Of a stretch of DNA of 64,000 bases, positions 62,369 through 64,000 are shown piece by piece. The stretch is taken from assembly GCF_964188315.1 (NCBI RefSeq), contig NC_135660.1, forward strand, positions 36,208,001 to 36,272,000, read 5' to 3'. A program made the position numbers and the translations under genes. The stretch's first letter is position 1. Each line of letters opens with the position of its first letter. Origin of the DNA: Podarcis muralis. Lineage: Eukaryota. The notes under the pieces were generated by a model that made no database searches, was not told where the DNA came from, and worked only from the letters and a program-made list of their open reading frames with translations.

Positions 62369-63093
62369 ACCCCAACTTTTACACGGGAAGATACCCGAGG
62401 ACACCAAAACCTGCATTCCTGTACCCGTGAAAATCTACGAAAGCATATATATGTATATATATACAAGGGGAGTATTTACATGCTGCCTTCCTTGCTATGG
62501 AATGGCACCCCTAAACAGAGTTTTTCCATTTCAATTTGTTGCTCATTCTTTAGACACAAGGCAGGCCAGAATAAGGTAATAAATAAGGCATATCCCCTGT
62601 GTTGGCAAGGCAGGCATTTAAGGTGTTATGCTTCTACCAACAGCAAGAGGCTCTGCCCAGTGGAATAAGGTGATTGCAGTGTACAGACCCTACACTGGCA
62701 GTCATGCAGGCCAAACCCATGCAGGGCAGGCTTTTCTTCGTAGTGATTATTGTAGCACCTAAAGAGCCCAAATTAATAAATCAGAAAACTGATGTACAGA
62801 AATAGGGGACGAGACAAGAGTTCTTGCTCAAGCAAGCTGCTACCTAAGAGCAGGCAAATAGGAAAATGGTTTAAAATAGAAAAATACAGGCCCAATCCAG
62901 GACAGCCCTGCCCTCATCATCTTCCCAGTGGGCCAAAGAGACTTCCCCTCTAGAACAACAGAGGTTCCTCAGAGGAATTTTTCCCTTGCAAGGGTTCACC
63001 AATCACTTTGGAAAAGCCCTGCTGCCCCTTGGCTCTCAACAGCTGTAGTTGGAAAGGGTTGCCCTTCTCTTCACCATCAGCAGAGACACTTAC

Positions 63094-63227
63094 CCTCCCT
63101 TTGAGCATATACCGGGGGAAGAAGAAATAGGGAATGGACGTGAGCACCAAGCAGCCCGAGGCAATGAGGAGTCCCAGCCACCAGGCTCCAATCCAGCGCT
63201 GGTCTCCTGGGACCAACTGCACATCCT
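63094..63227 (-). CDS. SLCO2A1: SLCO2A1 exon 6 (134 nt; [44 protein letters not shown])
   Basis: Contains the OATP signature RWIGAWWLG. Acceptor ttttcag at 63228, donor gtaagt at 63093, phases 1/0. Confidence 0.93.
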
Positions 63228-63280
63228 CTGAAAAGAGATGGAGAAATTAAAAAAGAGCTTTGTGAGTCCACTTCCTGGTA

Positions 63281-63492
63281 CAGCGGTATGTTGGGTTAAG
63301 AACTTAATTCGTTCTGGAGGTCCATTCTTAACCTGAAACTGTTCTAAACCTGAGGTACCAATTTAGCTAATGGGGCCTCCCACCGCCGCGTGATTTCTGT
63401 TCTCATCCTGAAGCAAAGTTCTTAACCCAAGGTACTATTTCTGGGTTAGTGGAGTCTGTAACCTGAAGCGTCTGTACCCCGAGGTACCACTG
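63281..63492. mobile_element. Tigger/pogo-like MITE
   Basis: Imperfect TIRs cagcggta...gggtta and tacccgaggtaccactg-like end, flanked by TA. Confidence 0.7.
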
Positions 63493-63715
63493 TATTTAGG
63501 TGGTCTGTACTGCACTGTGTTCCCACAGAGTATGAAAGATAGCTCATTGACCCTTGCAGGAAGGGGAACCTGTGGCCCTCCAGATGCTGCTGTACCCCAA
63601 CTTCCAGCAGCCCCAGCCAGCATGGCCAATGGTCAGGGATGATGAGAGTTGTAGTCCAACAACATCCAAAGGGCCACAGGTTCTCCTCCACTGACCTAGC
63701 GCCTCAAATAATAAT

Positions 63716-63746
63716 AATGATAATGATGATAATGATAATGATAATA

Positions 63747-63791
<45 letters not shown>

Positions 63792-63935
63792 TTATTTATA
63801 CCCTGCCCATCTGGCAGGACCTCCCCAGCCACTCCAGGCAGCTTCCAACAAAATATTAAAATACAGTAATGCAACAAACATTAAAAGCTTCCCTAAAAAG
63901 TACTGCCTTCAGATGTCTTCTAAAAGTCTGGTAGG
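63716..63935 (-). mobile_element. L2-type 3' end with an (ATT)n tail
   Basis: tttatttataccctgcccatctgg...ccagccact...gcagcttccaac adjoining an (AAT)n/(AATGAT)n microsatellite. Confidence 0.6.
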
Positions 63936-64000
63936 TAATTAATATCATTCATGTTCTTTTAGATATCACTAATCCCCAAATATCTCCAGGACTGGGGGAT

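Larger units (their letters stand above)
60456..62444 (+). mobile_element. 5'-truncated Penelope-like retroelement (probably Poseidon type) with an inverted 5' pLTR segment
   Basis: RT plus GIY-YIG ORF. 60456-60562 is an exact 107-bp reverse complement of 62310-62416. Flanked by the direct repeat atatatatgt (60446-60455 and 62445-62454) within a (TA)n tract. Confidence 0.93.

Overview
Squamate genomic DNA, probably a lacertid lizard (inferred from Sauria SINEs, Bov-B, CR1 and Penelope-like elements). Two genes lie on the minus strand. SLCO2A1 (prostaglandin transporter OATP2A1) contributes coding exons 6-14 (63227 down to the stop at 49710-49712). RAB6B contributes coding exon 1 (34595-34664, in a CpG island) and exon 2 (6056-6114), separated by a 28.5-kb intron. 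The SLCO2A1-RAB6B order and orientation match what I recall of the human locus. The rest is transposable-element-rich intron and intergenic DNA. It holds six Sauria SINEs with TSDs, L2-tailed and CR1-tailed tRNA SINEs, CR1/L1/L2/Bov-B fragments, hAT and Tigger-like MITEs, two clear solo LTRs plus one probable one, a young Penelope-like element (RT plus GIY-YIG), two short fold-back Penelope-type insertions, microsatellites and a 136-N gap. Most interesting observations: (1) the solo LTRs carry an open frame starting at base 2 that encodes an acidic tract followed by a basic motif, suggesting an ORF that reads into U3; (2) hammerhead-ribozyme motifs sit in both orientations in all three Penelope-type insertions, including on the sense strand of both host pre-mRNAs, and one insertion is a perfect 142-bp palindrome; (3) the 3' part of SLCO2A1 exon 11 is duplicated 614 bp away. 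All calls were made by eye, with no database searches. Exon numbering and human comparisons are from memory.
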